NCBI GenBank assembly: GCA_050486505.1
Contig: JBJHDK010000025.1
Location: 1-31,009, forward strand
From: Fibrobacteria bacterium
GTDB taxonomy: Bacteria > Fibrobacterota > Fibrobacteria > UBA11236
Direction of reading: 5' to 3'
Length of the DNA stretch: 31,009 nucleotides
Every line of letters starts with the position of its first letter. The first letter of the stretch is position 1. Positions 1 through 9,562 of the stretch are shown one piece after another. The translations under genes and the position numbers were made by a program. Below the pieces are notes generated by a model. The model had not been told where the DNA came from and did no database searches. It worked only from the letters and a program-made list of their open reading frames with translations.

Positions 1-235
1 ACGCTTGTTGCTCGACGCGGTGCTGGGCGACCCGACCCTGTTCGTTCGCTCCGATGAGACCGAGCTGTCATGGAAGTTTCTCGACGCCCTGCTCAAGCAG
101 TGGGCCGCGAGTCCCGCCGGCAAGGCGTTTCCGAACTATGCCGCCGGGGAGAACTCCCCGAAGGTCGCGGACGAGGTGCTGCTTCCTGGAACCCGCTGGC
201 TCGACTTCTCGAAGTGGGACAACGTCTGCCCTTAA
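1..235 (+). CDS. zwf: Glucose-6-phosphate 1-dehydrogenase, C-terminal fragment (5' end outside window)
   Basis: Translation RLLLDAVLGDPTLFVRSDETELSWKFLDALLKQW...YAAG..P matches the conserved G6PD C-terminus (YERLLLD...GD.TLF.R.DE...W); stop TAA at 233-235. Confidence 0.9.
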   Translation, partial: RLLLDAVLGDPTLFVRSDETELSWKFLDALLKQWAASPAGKAFPNYAAGENSPKVADEVLLPGTRWLDFSKWDNVCP

Positions 236-256
236 CGGCGGGCCGGAATCACCATC

Positions 257-288
257 AAAGGCGGAGACTTCTCCGCCTTTTCCGTTTT
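257..288 (+). terminator. Intrinsic terminator after zwf (may be bidirectional with the convergent kinase gene)
   Basis: AAAGGCGGAG-actt-CTCCGCCTTT perfect 10-bp stem followed by TCCGTTTT. Confidence 0.8.
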
Positions 289-2000
289 CAGGAATCTCGC
301 TGCAACCGCAGGGGTCGGTCCTTGCCCCCTTCGGTGGCCGCGATCGCAGCGGGCAGGGAGACGCGCACGCTTGTCCCCTCGCCAGGTAAGCTTTCGACGG
401 TGACCTTTCCCCGATGGGCCTTGACGATTCCGTGCACCACGGGCAGGCCGAGCCCCGTGCCTTCGCCGGTCGGCTTCGTGGTGAAGAACGGGTCGAAGAT
501 GCGCGGCAGGACGTCGGCCCCGATTCCGGGTCCGGTGTCGCGCACGGTCATGACGACTTCCCGCGATGCTCCTCCGTCATTGGTAGTGTGCAGCGCGATT
601 TCCACGAGGCCGACTTCCTTGCCGATGGCTTGCACCGAGTTTTGCACGAGGTTGAAGATCGTCTGCTTCATTTGGGACGGGTCGGCCAGAACGGGTGGCA
701 AGTCGGTTTCGACCACCGTCTCGATGCGGAGATGGGGGGGGGCTTCGGGAAGCATCGCCTTCAGGGTTTCCCGGAGCAGTTCATCAAGTTGAAGGGGGAC
801 TCTCTCGGAACCGATCTGCCGCGTGAAGGTCATGATCTGGCGCACCAGCTCCGCCGCCCGGTCCCCGGAGTTCCGGATATCCGCGAAGTGCTTGCGCGCG
901 GGATGGTCGGAGGGGAGGTTTCGCAGGCCGCGATCCGCGTTCAGCAGGATGGCGGTCAGGATGTTATTGAAGTCGTGCGCGATGCCGGCGGCCAGGGTGC
1001 CCAGCGCTTCCATCTTCTGTGCCTGTCGCAGCTCCGTTTCGGCACGGTCGCGCGCGTCCCGGGTGCGGTCGTGTTCCACGATCTCCGCCTTGAGGAGGGA
1101 GTTGGATTGCCCGAGTTGCCGTGCCGTTTCGCGGGCGAATTCCAGGTTTCGCTCCCGTTCGCGGTCCATGTGGTTCACCTTGCGTGCCGCGGCCCAGAGC
1201 AGTATCGTGAGAATGAAGATATTGGCCGTGGCAAACAATGCGAGCCCGAACCCCGTGCCGTACCAGCCGAGGGCCTGTCCCTGGAGACGCAGCCAGCCGA
1301 CGACGAAGGGGAGAATGATGAGCGGCGGGAGTATGCGGCGGGCCATGACACCGCCACCGTGGGGACTGGTCAGCACCGAGACGAGTCCCCGGTCGGCCCG
1401 GGCCAGCATGAGCGCCGGACCGTAGAGAGTGAACAGCAGGGCGGTATGCACGGCCATTGAGGAGTAGGCGAAGGTTTCATAGAGCGAGACGGATCCGTAT
1501 CCGTAACCCAGCAGCCCGGTCATGCCGATCAGGGAGACGGCCAGAGCCATCACCTGCGAGGGACGCAGCCCGCGCCGCGGCTCGAAATCGATCAACAGCA
1601 GCGAGATTCCGAGCAGCAGGAAGTTGAGGCTGGCTGCCGGAGTCATGCGGCCGGGGTGGGGAAGGTTTTCCCGGATGACGGCTTCGGGAAACAGCCAGAG
1701 ATCCATTCCCAGCGACCAGCCTCCGAGGTATTGGGATAGCGAAGCGCCACCCATCAGGGCAATGCCGAGGGCGAGTCCCCCATGCAATACCCTGGCAAAC
1801 GCATGCCTGGAGACGCAGCAGAGGATCAGGGAAATGCCGCCCGCGCAGAATCCCACGGCTGTCAGGGGCTTCATGGCCGCGAAGGAGGGAAGCACGCGCT
1901 TGAAGGGCTCGATGTCCATTGCCCAGCCCAGAAGGGTGACGATGCCCGTCACCACTGAGAGTGCGGCGAAGGACAGAACGTAGAGGCGCGGGTTTCGCAT
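288..2000 (-). CDS. Multi-pass membrane sensor histidine kinase (HisKA + HATPase_c, no receiver domain)
   Basis: About 7-8 hydrophobic segments in the N-terminal half; H-box QKMEALGTLAAGIAHDFNN; N-box NLVQNS; G1 DTGPG; F-box IFDPFFTTK; G2 GTGLGL. Confidence 0.92.
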   Translation of the reverse strand: MRNPRLYVLSFAALSVVTGIVTLLGWAMDIEPFKRVLPSFAAMKPLTAVGFCAGGISLILCCVSRHAFARVLHGGLALGIALMGGASLSQYLGGWSLGMDLWLFPEAVIRENLPHPGRMTPAASLNFLLLGISLLLIDFEPRRGLRPSQVMALAVSLIGMTGLLGYGYGSVSLYETFAYSSMAVHTALLFTLYGPALMLARADRGLVSVLTSPHGGGVMARRILPPLIILPFVVGWLRLQGQALGWYGTGFGLALFATANIFILTILLWAAARKVNHMDRERERNLEFARETARQLGQSNSLLKAEIVEHDRTRDARDRAETELRQAQKMEALGTLAAGIAHDFNNILTAILLNADRGLRNLPSDHPARKHFADIRNSGDRAAELVRQIMTFTRQIGSERVPLQLDELLRETLKAMLPEAPPHLRIETVVETDLPPVLADPSQMKQTIFNLVQNSVQAIGKEVGLVEIALHTTNDGGASREVVMTVRDTGPGIGADVLPRIFDPFFTTKPTGEGTGLGLPVVHGIVKAHRGKVTVESLPGEGTSVRVSLPAAIAATEGGKDRPLRLQRDS

Positions 2001-2027
2001 GCTCGGTGCTACATCGCCGGGGCCGGA

Positions 2028-3227
2028 TCAACGTTTCGGGAAAGCGAGGCCGCGCATCTGCCACAACAGGCGGGGTGATTTCCAAAGCGTCGTGAAGACG
2101 ATGCGCCCCATGGTTCTTTTCCCGGGAGGCAGGCGGTTGATCGCGTGCGCCGACCTGTCGAAAACCCGGTCCGGAATTTTTGTAAAGGCCTTCTTGATGC
2201 TGCAAATGCGGCGGTGCTCGCGACCGTAGGCCTCGTCCCAGCGTTTGCGGTATTCTTCGTAGAAGGGGATGCGAGTCTTTTCATCCGTGAGTTCGATTGT
2301 TCTCATGGCCGCTTCGGCAGCGAACTTGCCGGCTGTCATGGCTTCGAGGATGCCGGCGCGGCTGATGGGGTGCACCATGTTGGCGGCGTCGCCGACCTTG
2401 TAGAGGTTGTTGGTGGCAAGGGGCGCTTGGGGGTAACCGCAGGGGATGGCGCCGCCCTGCGTGGTCAGGATTTCGGATCCCGGATAGGTGCGTTCGAGGA
2501 AGGTTTTCAAGGCTTTGCGGGCAGGTGCTTCCTGGGCGTAGTCCTTGCCGACGACGAGCCCGACGTTGGCGACGTGCTCGTCGCGCGGGAACAGCCAGGC
2601 GTAGCCGCCCGGTGCATAGTTGGTCCCGAAGAACATCTGGATCTTGTTGACGGGGTAGTTCGGCCCCTTTACCAAGGCGAAGACTGCGGGTTCCACGTCG
2701 AAATTTCCCTGGATGACGGGTTCACCTGCGCCGAAACCGACGCCGGGGCCGCTGCAATCAAGAACCACGCGTGCCTGCAGCGTGATGATTCCATCCGGTG
2801 TTTCGCAGCGCACCGTCCTGCGCCCGTTCTCCATCCGGGAAACTTCGGTCGCGCGCGTCCTGAAGTTGCAGTGGACTCCCGCCGCCCGGTTTTGTTCCGC
2901 GAGACGTCGGTGCATGCGGGCACGGTCGATGAGGTAGCCACTCCCCTCTTTGCCGAATTCCACGGGTGTTCCGTCGGGAGAAACGAAGATGGCCCCGTCC
3001 ACGGGGCCGCGGATCCATTCGGGTTCCACTTCGGAAACCAACGCCTCGAGACGGCCGCGGTGCACGGCCTCGGCGCAGGAAACGGGCTCGCGCCAAGGGT
3101 CGCGCTTGTCGAGCAAGGCGATGGAACGCGTCCCCGGAGCGCGTGCGAGAGTCAGCGCCGCGAGCAAACCGCCTGGGCCGGCACCGATGACGACGAAGTC
3201 GTATTCAGTCAGAAGAGGGTCGGTCAT
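2028..3227 (-). CDS. Geranylgeranyl reductase-family FAD-dependent oxidoreductase
   Basis: GAGPGG FAD-binding motif, CAEA, IDR..., PGGYAWLFP, NVGL, VGDAA..VHP...AGI. Start placed at ATG 3227 (MTDPLL), just before the Rossmann motif. Confidence 0.85.
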   Translation of the reverse strand: MTDPLLTEYDFVVIGAGPGGLLAALTLARAPGTRSIALLDKRDPWREPVSCAEAVHRGRLEALVSEVEPEWIRGPVDGAIFVSPDGTPVEFGKEGSGYLIDRARMHRRLAEQNRAAGVHCNFRTRATEVSRMENGRRTVRCETPDGIITLQARVVLDCSGPGVGFGAGEPVIQGNFDVEPAVFALVKGPNYPVNKIQMFFGTNYAPGGYAWLFPRDEHVANVGLVVGKDYAQEAPARKALKTFLERTYPGSEILTTQGGAIPCGYPQAPLATNNLYKVGDAANMVHPISRAGILEAMTAGKFAAEAAMRTIELTDEKTRIPFYEEYRKRWDEAYGREHRRICSIKKAFTKIPDRVFDRSAHAINRLPPGKRTMGRIVFTTLWKSPRLLWQMRGLAFPKR

Positions 3228-3326
3228 GGGTGGGGAAGGTAGGAATGATGGAATGATGAACGGATTCGCTTCGGGTCGGGATGCCGAGGCTTTCGGTCGG
3301 TTGTGCAATCCGGGAAGAGCGGGCGA

Positions 3327-4013
3327 TCAGGCGCCTGTCTCGTCCTTCGTGATTGCGACGTACTCCCGTCGCGCCTGCACATGGTGGAAGCGGTCTTCCT
3401 CGGGGCACCACGCAGTCAGTTCGCGACCGTAAACGCAACCCGTATCAAGACCCTTGAAGCCCGGCAGGTCGACGAGGCCCCGTTCGGCCCAGTGTCCGAA
3501 GACGACGGTCTTGCCGGGCGGGACGCATTCAAACCATGGCGGGTCGATTCCTTGCCGGTTCAACGCATCGCCCGTGCCGTCCCACGTGCGGATGTTTTGC
3601 AGAACACGGGGTTGCATGTCCCGAAGCTTCGCTCTTCCCGGTTCGAGTCCAGCGTGGACGATGATCAGGTCGGGCTCCTCGATGTACAGGGGCCAGCCGG
3701 CGATGTGCTCGAGCCAGAACTCGCGATCCTCACCGAGCGAAGCGAGGTAGGCATCCTGCTTCTGCGTGCGCAGCGCGGAGGAGACGGTTGCGGCGTTCAG
3801 GCAATGCTGGTCGTGATTGCCCCGAACCACCAATGCATCGAAGCGTTGCAGCAATTCCAGGGCCTCGCGAACCTTCGGGCCCTTGCCGACGATATCCCCG
3901 ACGGAGTAGAGCCGATCCTTGCCGGGCGTGAAGCGGAAGTGGTAGAGAAGTTCCGACAGCTCGTCGGCGCAGCCGTGAATGTCGCCGATGATCAAGCGGC
4001 GCGAAGCAGGCAC
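3327..4013 (-). CDS. Calcineurin-like metallophosphoesterase, ApaH/ApaH-like (Ap4A hydrolase / PPP) family
   Basis: GDIHG, GDIVGKGP, RGNHD, VHAG, FGHW, LDTGCVYG motifs; GTG start at 4013, 7 nt after the fpr stop. Confidence 0.85.
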   Translation of the reverse strand: MPASRRLIIGDIHGCADELSELLYHFRFTPGKDRLYSVGDIVGKGPKVREALELLQRFDALVVRGNHDQHCLNAATVSSALRTQKQDAYLASLGEDREFWLEHIAGWPLYIEEPDLIIVHAGLEPGRAKLRDMQPRVLQNIRTWDGTGDALNRQGIDPPWFECVPPGKTVVFGHWAERGLVDLPGFKGLDTGCVYGRELTAWCPEEDRFHHVQARREYVAITKDETGA

Positions 4014-4020
4014 GGCGTGA

Positions 4021-4842
4021 TTACCAGTATTCCTCGACGTGCAGGGAACCCGGCTCCGAGGAGGTGTGGAGCGTGTAACCCTTCGGGTCGAGAACCTTGC
4101 GGACATCCTCGATCATGGCGGGGTTTCCGCAGAGGAAGACCGAGGTTTTTTGGGGATCCAGCGTGACATCGAAACGTTCCTTGAGGATTTCGCTGTCGAA
4201 ATAACGCGTGATGCGTCCCGTGTCGCCGCTCCAGCCGCCGGTGTCGAGATGTGGGCGCGTGATCGAAGGGATGTAATGGACGCCGGCAAGCTCGACTGCG
4301 TTCCGTGTCATTTCATCGGTGTATCCGAGGTCGCCGCTGACCGGGGCCCCTTGGAGCACCACGAAGCGCAAGGGAAACGGTTTGATGCGATGGGTGCGCA
4401 GCATGGAGATATAAGGCGCCAGTCCCGTACCGGTGGCGGCGAGCACGACGGTGTCGTGTTCCGGTGGCACGGTATCGAGTGTGAACAAGCCGCGGATCTT
4501 GACGCCGAGGTTGAGGCGATCGCCTTTTTTAAGCTGCACGAGACGGGGGGTCAGCGAGCCATTGGAGACGACGGAGATGTAAAACTCAAGGACATCGGTC
4601 TCATGCCCTCCCGAGGCGATGCTGTAGGCTCGCAGAACCAGGCGATCCGGCTTCTGTTCCTTGAACTCCGGCTCGCTGCCTTCGCGACGGGGCACGTTGC
4701 TCGATAGTCCCAACAAGACATACTGTCCCGAGACGAAGGGCTCGACGGGCTGGTCGGGGCGCACCTTCAGGATGAACAGGTCGGGTGTCAGAAAGCGGAT
4801 GTCCTCGACGGACGCGTTATACTTCTCGTGTACAGGATCCAT
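4021..4842 (-). CDS. fpr: Ferredoxin/flavodoxin-NADP+ reductase (bacterial type)
   Basis: GQY, RAYSIAS (FAD), G.LTPRL, ATGTGLAPY (NADP), CGNPAMI, C-terminal EEYW. Confidence 0.92.
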   Translation of the reverse strand: MDPVHEKYNASVEDIRFLTPDLFILKVRPDQPVEPFVSGQYVLLGLSSNVPRREGSEPEFKEQKPDRLVLRAYSIASGGHETDVLEFYISVVSNGSLTPRLVQLKKGDRLNLGVKIRGLFTLDTVPPEHDTVVLAATGTGLAPYISMLRTHRIKPFPLRFVVLQGAPVSGDLGYTDEMTRNAVELAGVHYIPSITRPHLDTGGWSGDTGRITRYFDSEILKERFDVTLDPQKTSVFLCGNPAMIEDVRKVLDPKGYTLHTSSEPGSLHVEEYW

Positions 4843-4901
4843 GCGCGCAAATCTAGTCTAGGGGCTGTTTGTTCAGGCGCGAAAATCGGCAAAAAAACGC
4901 A

Positions 4902-6042
<1,141 letters not shown>

Positions 6043-7278
6043 GTGCCCAAACTCTTCATCGAAGACCTCGATCTCAAAGGCAAGCGCGTGCTGGTGCGCG
6101 TCGATTTCAACGTTCCCGTCAAGGACGGCGTTGTTGAAAGCGACAAGCGCCTGCGCGAGTCCCTTCCCACCTTGCAATACGCGCTGGACAAGGGGGCCTC
6201 GCTGGTACTGATGAGCCATCTCGGCCGTCCCGATGGCAAGCGCGTCGAAAAGCACAGCCTCAAGCCCGTCGCCGCGCACCTTGGGGGGCTTCTCGGCCGC
6301 CCCGTGAAGTTCCTTGACGACTGCGTCGGCCCTGACGTGGAAAAAGCCTGCGCCGCGTTGCAGCCGGGCGAAGTCGTCGTGCTCGAGAACCTGCGCTTCC
6401 ATCTCGAAGAGGAAGGCAAGGTCAAGGCAAAGGATGGCACGGTGACGAAGGCGGATCCCGAAGCGGTTGCGGCGTTCCGCGCATCGCTCAGCAGGCTGGG
6501 CGACGTCTTCGTGAACGACGCCTTCGGCACGGCGCACCGTGCGCACAGCTCGGTGGTCGGCGTCGAACTTCCCCGCGCGGCGGGGTATCTCCTCAAGAAG
6601 GAACTGGATTTTCTCGGAGGCGCGCTCGAGGCCCCGAAGCGCCCCTTCGTTTCCATCATCGGCGGCGCGAAGATCTCGGGAAAGATCGACGTGATCATGG
6701 CGCTGTTGCCGAAGGTCGACAAGCTCATCATCGGTGGCGGCATGGCCTACACCTTCCTTAAGGCCCAAGGCCTCGAGATCGGCAAGTCGCTGGTTGAGAA
6801 CGACAAGGTCGATCTGGCCAAGAGCCTTCTCGCGGAAGCCGGCGACAAGATCGAGCTGCCGATCGACTTCCATGTGACCGACGCCCTCGATTTCGGCGCG
6901 CGCAAGATCGGTTCACCGCTCAAGGCGGTGCCCCGCGACGGTATTCCCGCCGACATGGAATCGGTCGACATCGGTCCTGAGACGGCGAAGAAGTTCGCGG
7001 AGATCATTACGAGTGCCGGAACCGTGGTCTGGAACGGGCCCATGGGCGTTTTCGAGATCGAGGCCTGCGCCCAGGGCACCTTTGCCGTGGCCCGTGCCTT
7101 GGTGGATGCGACCGCGAAGGGCGCCATCACCATCATCGGCGGCGGCGACTCCGCCGCCGCGATCGAACAGGCCGGGCTCGAGAAGAAGGTTTCGCACGTG
7201 TCCACCGGTGGCGGCGCCTCGCTCGAGTTTCTCGAAGGCAAGGCGCTTCCCGGAGTCACCGCACTCACCGACAAGTAG
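6043..7278 (+). CDS. pgk: Phosphoglycerate kinase
   Basis: [58 protein letters not shown]; starts immediately after the gap stop. Confidence 0.98.
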   Translation: MPKLFIEDLDLKGKRVLVRVDFNVPVKDGVVESDKRLRESLPTLQYALDKGASLVLMSHLGRPDGKRVEKHSLKPVAAHLGGLLGRPVKFLDDCVGPDVEKACAALQPGEVVVLENLRFHLEEEGKVKAKDGTVTKADPEAVAAFRASLSRLGDVFVNDAFGTAHRAHSSVVGVELPRAAGYLLKKELDFLGGALEAPKRPFVSIIGGAKISGKIDVIMALLPKVDKLIIGGGMAYTFLKAQGLEIGKSLVENDKVDLAKSLLAEAGDKIELPIDFHVTDALDFGARKIGSPLKAVPRDGIPADMESVDIGPETAKKFAEIITSAGTVVWNGPMGVFEIEACAQGTFAVARALVDATAKGAITIIGGGDSAAAIEQAGLEKKVSHVSTGGGASLEFLEGKALPGVTALTDK

Positions 7279-7362
7279 TCCCGCACCCGCTCCGGGGGCG
7301 TTTTCGGGACCCGGGGCTTCATCCCTCTCCGGCATGGCCGGGTTAACACGACAGGAACACAA

Positions 7363-8118
7363 ATGCGCCGCAGAATTTTGGCCGGTAACTGGAAGATGCA
7401 TTTGACCCCGGAGCAATCCGCAGCCCTTGCCACGGAGATCGCCGAGGGCCTGAAGGCGAATCCCGCCGACCATGAGGTGGTGGTGTGCCCGACCTTCGTC
7501 GGACTCGATCGCGTCGCGACCGCGGTTGCGGGAACGGCGCTGCAGGTTGGAGCGCAGGACATGCACTGGGAGAACCAGGGAGCCTTCACGGGCAAGGTTT
7601 CCGGAGACATGCTGGCTTCCCTGGGTGTCCGTTACGTGATTCTTGGACACTCCGAGCAGCGTGCGTACTTCCACGAAACGGACGAGACCGTGAACAGAAA
7701 GGTGCGCAAGGCATTGTCAGACGGGCTCGTGCCAATCGTTTGCGTGGGGGAGACCCTGGAAGAACGCGAGGGCGGGACCACTGAAAAAGTCGTGGAAACC
7801 CAAGTCCGCGGAGCGTACGTCGGCCTTTCGGCAGAAGAGGCCGGAAAGACGGTGATCGCGTACGAACCGGTCTGGGCCATTGGCACTGGCCGCACGGCCA
7901 CCTCTGCGCAGGCCCAGGAGGTGCACAAGTTCATCCGCGGCCTGCTTGCGAACCTTTTCGGGCGCGAGGTCGCGGAGGCCGTGCGCATCCAGTATGGCGG
8001 CAGCATGAAGCCGGAAAATGCCGCCGAGCTGCTGGCGCAGCCTGACGTCGACGGCGGGTTGATCGGGGGGGCATCCTTGAAGGCAGCCTCATTTCTGGGT
8101 ATTATTTCCGCCTCGTAA
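7363..8118 (+). CDS. tpiA: Triosephosphate isomerase
   Basis: AGNWKM, GHSE, AYEPVWAIGTG, YGGS, DGGLIGGASL. Confidence 0.98.
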   Translation: MRRRILAGNWKMHLTPEQSAALATEIAEGLKANPADHEVVVCPTFVGLDRVATAVAGTALQVGAQDMHWENQGAFTGKVSGDMLASLGVRYVILGHSEQRAYFHETDETVNRKVRKALSDGLVPIVCVGETLEEREGGTTEKVVETQVRGAYVGLSAEEAGKTVIAYEPVWAIGTGRTATSAQAQEVHKFIRGLLANLFGREVAEAVRIQYGGSMKPENAAELLAQPDVDGGLIGGASLKAASFLGIISAS

Positions 8119-8151
8119 ATTTCGGAACACGCCGGATCACAAGGAATTTTC

Positions 8152-8532
8152 ATGGGAATCGGATACACCCTCCTGCTTGTTCTCCACATCGTGATTTGCT
8201 TCGTCATCATTCTCCTGGTGACCTTGCAAAATGACAAGGGTGGGGGATTGGGCGGCGCTTTCGGCGGCATGGGAGGCGGAGGCGCCTTCACGGGCGGCGC
8301 GGCAGTGACCATTCTGACGAAGGCCACGCAGTGGGTCGGGATCGTCAGCTTCGTCGTACTTCTAGGCCTGAATGCGATCAGCACCCGGGGCGCCGGGGGG
8401 CTCGGCGAATCAGAGCTGGGGCGTTCGACCCAGGGACTTGGGGGCGCGGTTCCCACCGGAGTGCTCGGGCCCACGCAAACCAACCCGGCCATTCCGGGAA
8501 TGGGTGGCGAAGCGGAAGGCTCCGGGGAGTAA
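8152..8532 (+). CDS. secG: Preprotein translocase subunit SecG
   Basis: Two TM helices flanking LQ..KGGGLGGAFGG...; LTKAT motif; canonical tpiA-secG-tRNA-Leu synteny. Confidence 0.92.
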   Translation: MGIGYTLLLVLHIVICFVIILLVTLQNDKGGGLGGAFGGMGGGGAFTGGAAVTILTKATQWVGIVSFVVLLGLNAISTRGAGGLGESELGRSTQGLGGAVPTGVLGPTQTNPAIPGMGGEAEGSGE

Positions 8533-8552
8533 CGCATCAAAAAAACAGTTTC

Positions 8553-8635
8553 GCGGTCGTGGTGAAATGGTAGACACGCAAGCTTGAGGTGCTTGTGGGG
8601 GCAACCCTGTAACGGTTCAAGTCCGTTCGACCGCA
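8553..8635 (+). tRNA. tRNA-Leu (anticodon GAG), CCA not encoded
   Basis: Acceptor stem GCGGTCG/CGACCGC with discriminator A; anticodon arm CAAGC-TTGAGGT-GCTTG; long variable arm; T loop GGTTCAAGTCC. Confidence 0.95.
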
Positions 8636-8641
8636 TTCTTG

Positions 8642-8682
8642 AAAGCCGTTCGTCAGGATTCCTGGTGAACGGCTTTTTTTTT
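8642..8682 (+). terminator. Intrinsic terminator after tRNA-Leu
   Basis: AAGCCGTTC...GAACGGCTT stem with inner CAGG/CCTG pairing, followed by a T9 tract. Confidence 0.85.
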
Positions 8683-8707
8683 CGGACCTACCTGCTAACT
8701 TTCCGCC

Positions 8708-9562
8708 GTGCTGTATCACCTTCTCTATCTCGTTCCCAAAAACTGGCTCAGTCGTTGCATCGGCCATGTGGTCGGCAGGCGATGGCCATTCGGTTTGCAT
8801 CGTCGTTTGCGCGATGCCTTGATCCGTGCCTTTCGTCCCGATGTTGAAGAAGCCGCACTGCCGCTTGATGCGTACGAGACGTGGCAAGCCTTCTTCACTC
8901 GCAGGCTGAGACCCGGGGCACGCCCATCGGGGACGTCGCCGCTGGTGTGCCCCGTCGACGGGACCCTGACGCAGCGGGGACACCTGGAGCCCCCCCGTCT
9001 TTCCATGACCCAGATCAAGGGAATCGATTATACGCTCGAAGGCTTGCTCGGCGGTTGGGAGACGGCGCCATACGTCGGCGGGTCTTTCTTGACGGTGTAT
9101 CTCGCGCCGTGGAATTACCATCGGATCCATGCCCCGGCGCGGGGGCGCGTTACGCGCGCCCGCCACGTGGCCGGTGCCCTATGGCCGGTCAACGCCTGGA
9201 GCGTGCGCAATATCCGCGAGCTCTTTGTCCGGAACGATCGGGTGCTTGTCGAGATGGAGTGCCCCGAAGGCAGACTTGCGATCGCGATGGTGGGGGCGAC
9301 CAATGTCGGGCGCACGACGCTGGCATTTTCGGATCTGCGGGGAAACGCGCCGCCGGGACCCGACGGGATCCGCGACTTTGCTCCGAAGGGCGATCTTCGG
9401 CTCTCCAAGGGGGACGACCTGGCTTGCTTTGAGATGGGATCAACCATCGTGCTGGTTCTTGATGCGGCGTGGACCGCGCGTTTGCAGCCCGGTTTGCTCG
9501 AAGGCGCTGCACCCATACCCGTTCGACTCGGCCTCGACCTCGCGATCCCATCCGTGCCGTGA
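8708..9562 (+). CDS. psd: Phosphatidylserine decarboxylase proenzyme
   Basis: FFTRRLRPGARP, CPVDG, QIKG..Y, VYLAP.NYHRIHAP, VGATNVG, autocleavage motif FEMGST. Confidence 0.93.
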   Translation: MLYHLLYLVPKNWLSRCIGHVVGRRWPFGLHRRLRDALIRAFRPDVEEAALPLDAYETWQAFFTRRLRPGARPSGTSPLVCPVDGTLTQRGHLEPPRLSMTQIKGIDYTLEGLLGGWETAPYVGGSFLTVYLAPWNYHRIHAPARGRVTRARHVAGALWPVNAWSVRNIRELFVRNDRVLVEMECPEGRLAIAMVGATNVGRTTLAFSDLRGNAPPGPDGIRDFAPKGDLRLSKGDDLACFEMGSTIVLVLDAAWTARLQPGLLEGAAPIPVRLGLDLAIPSVP

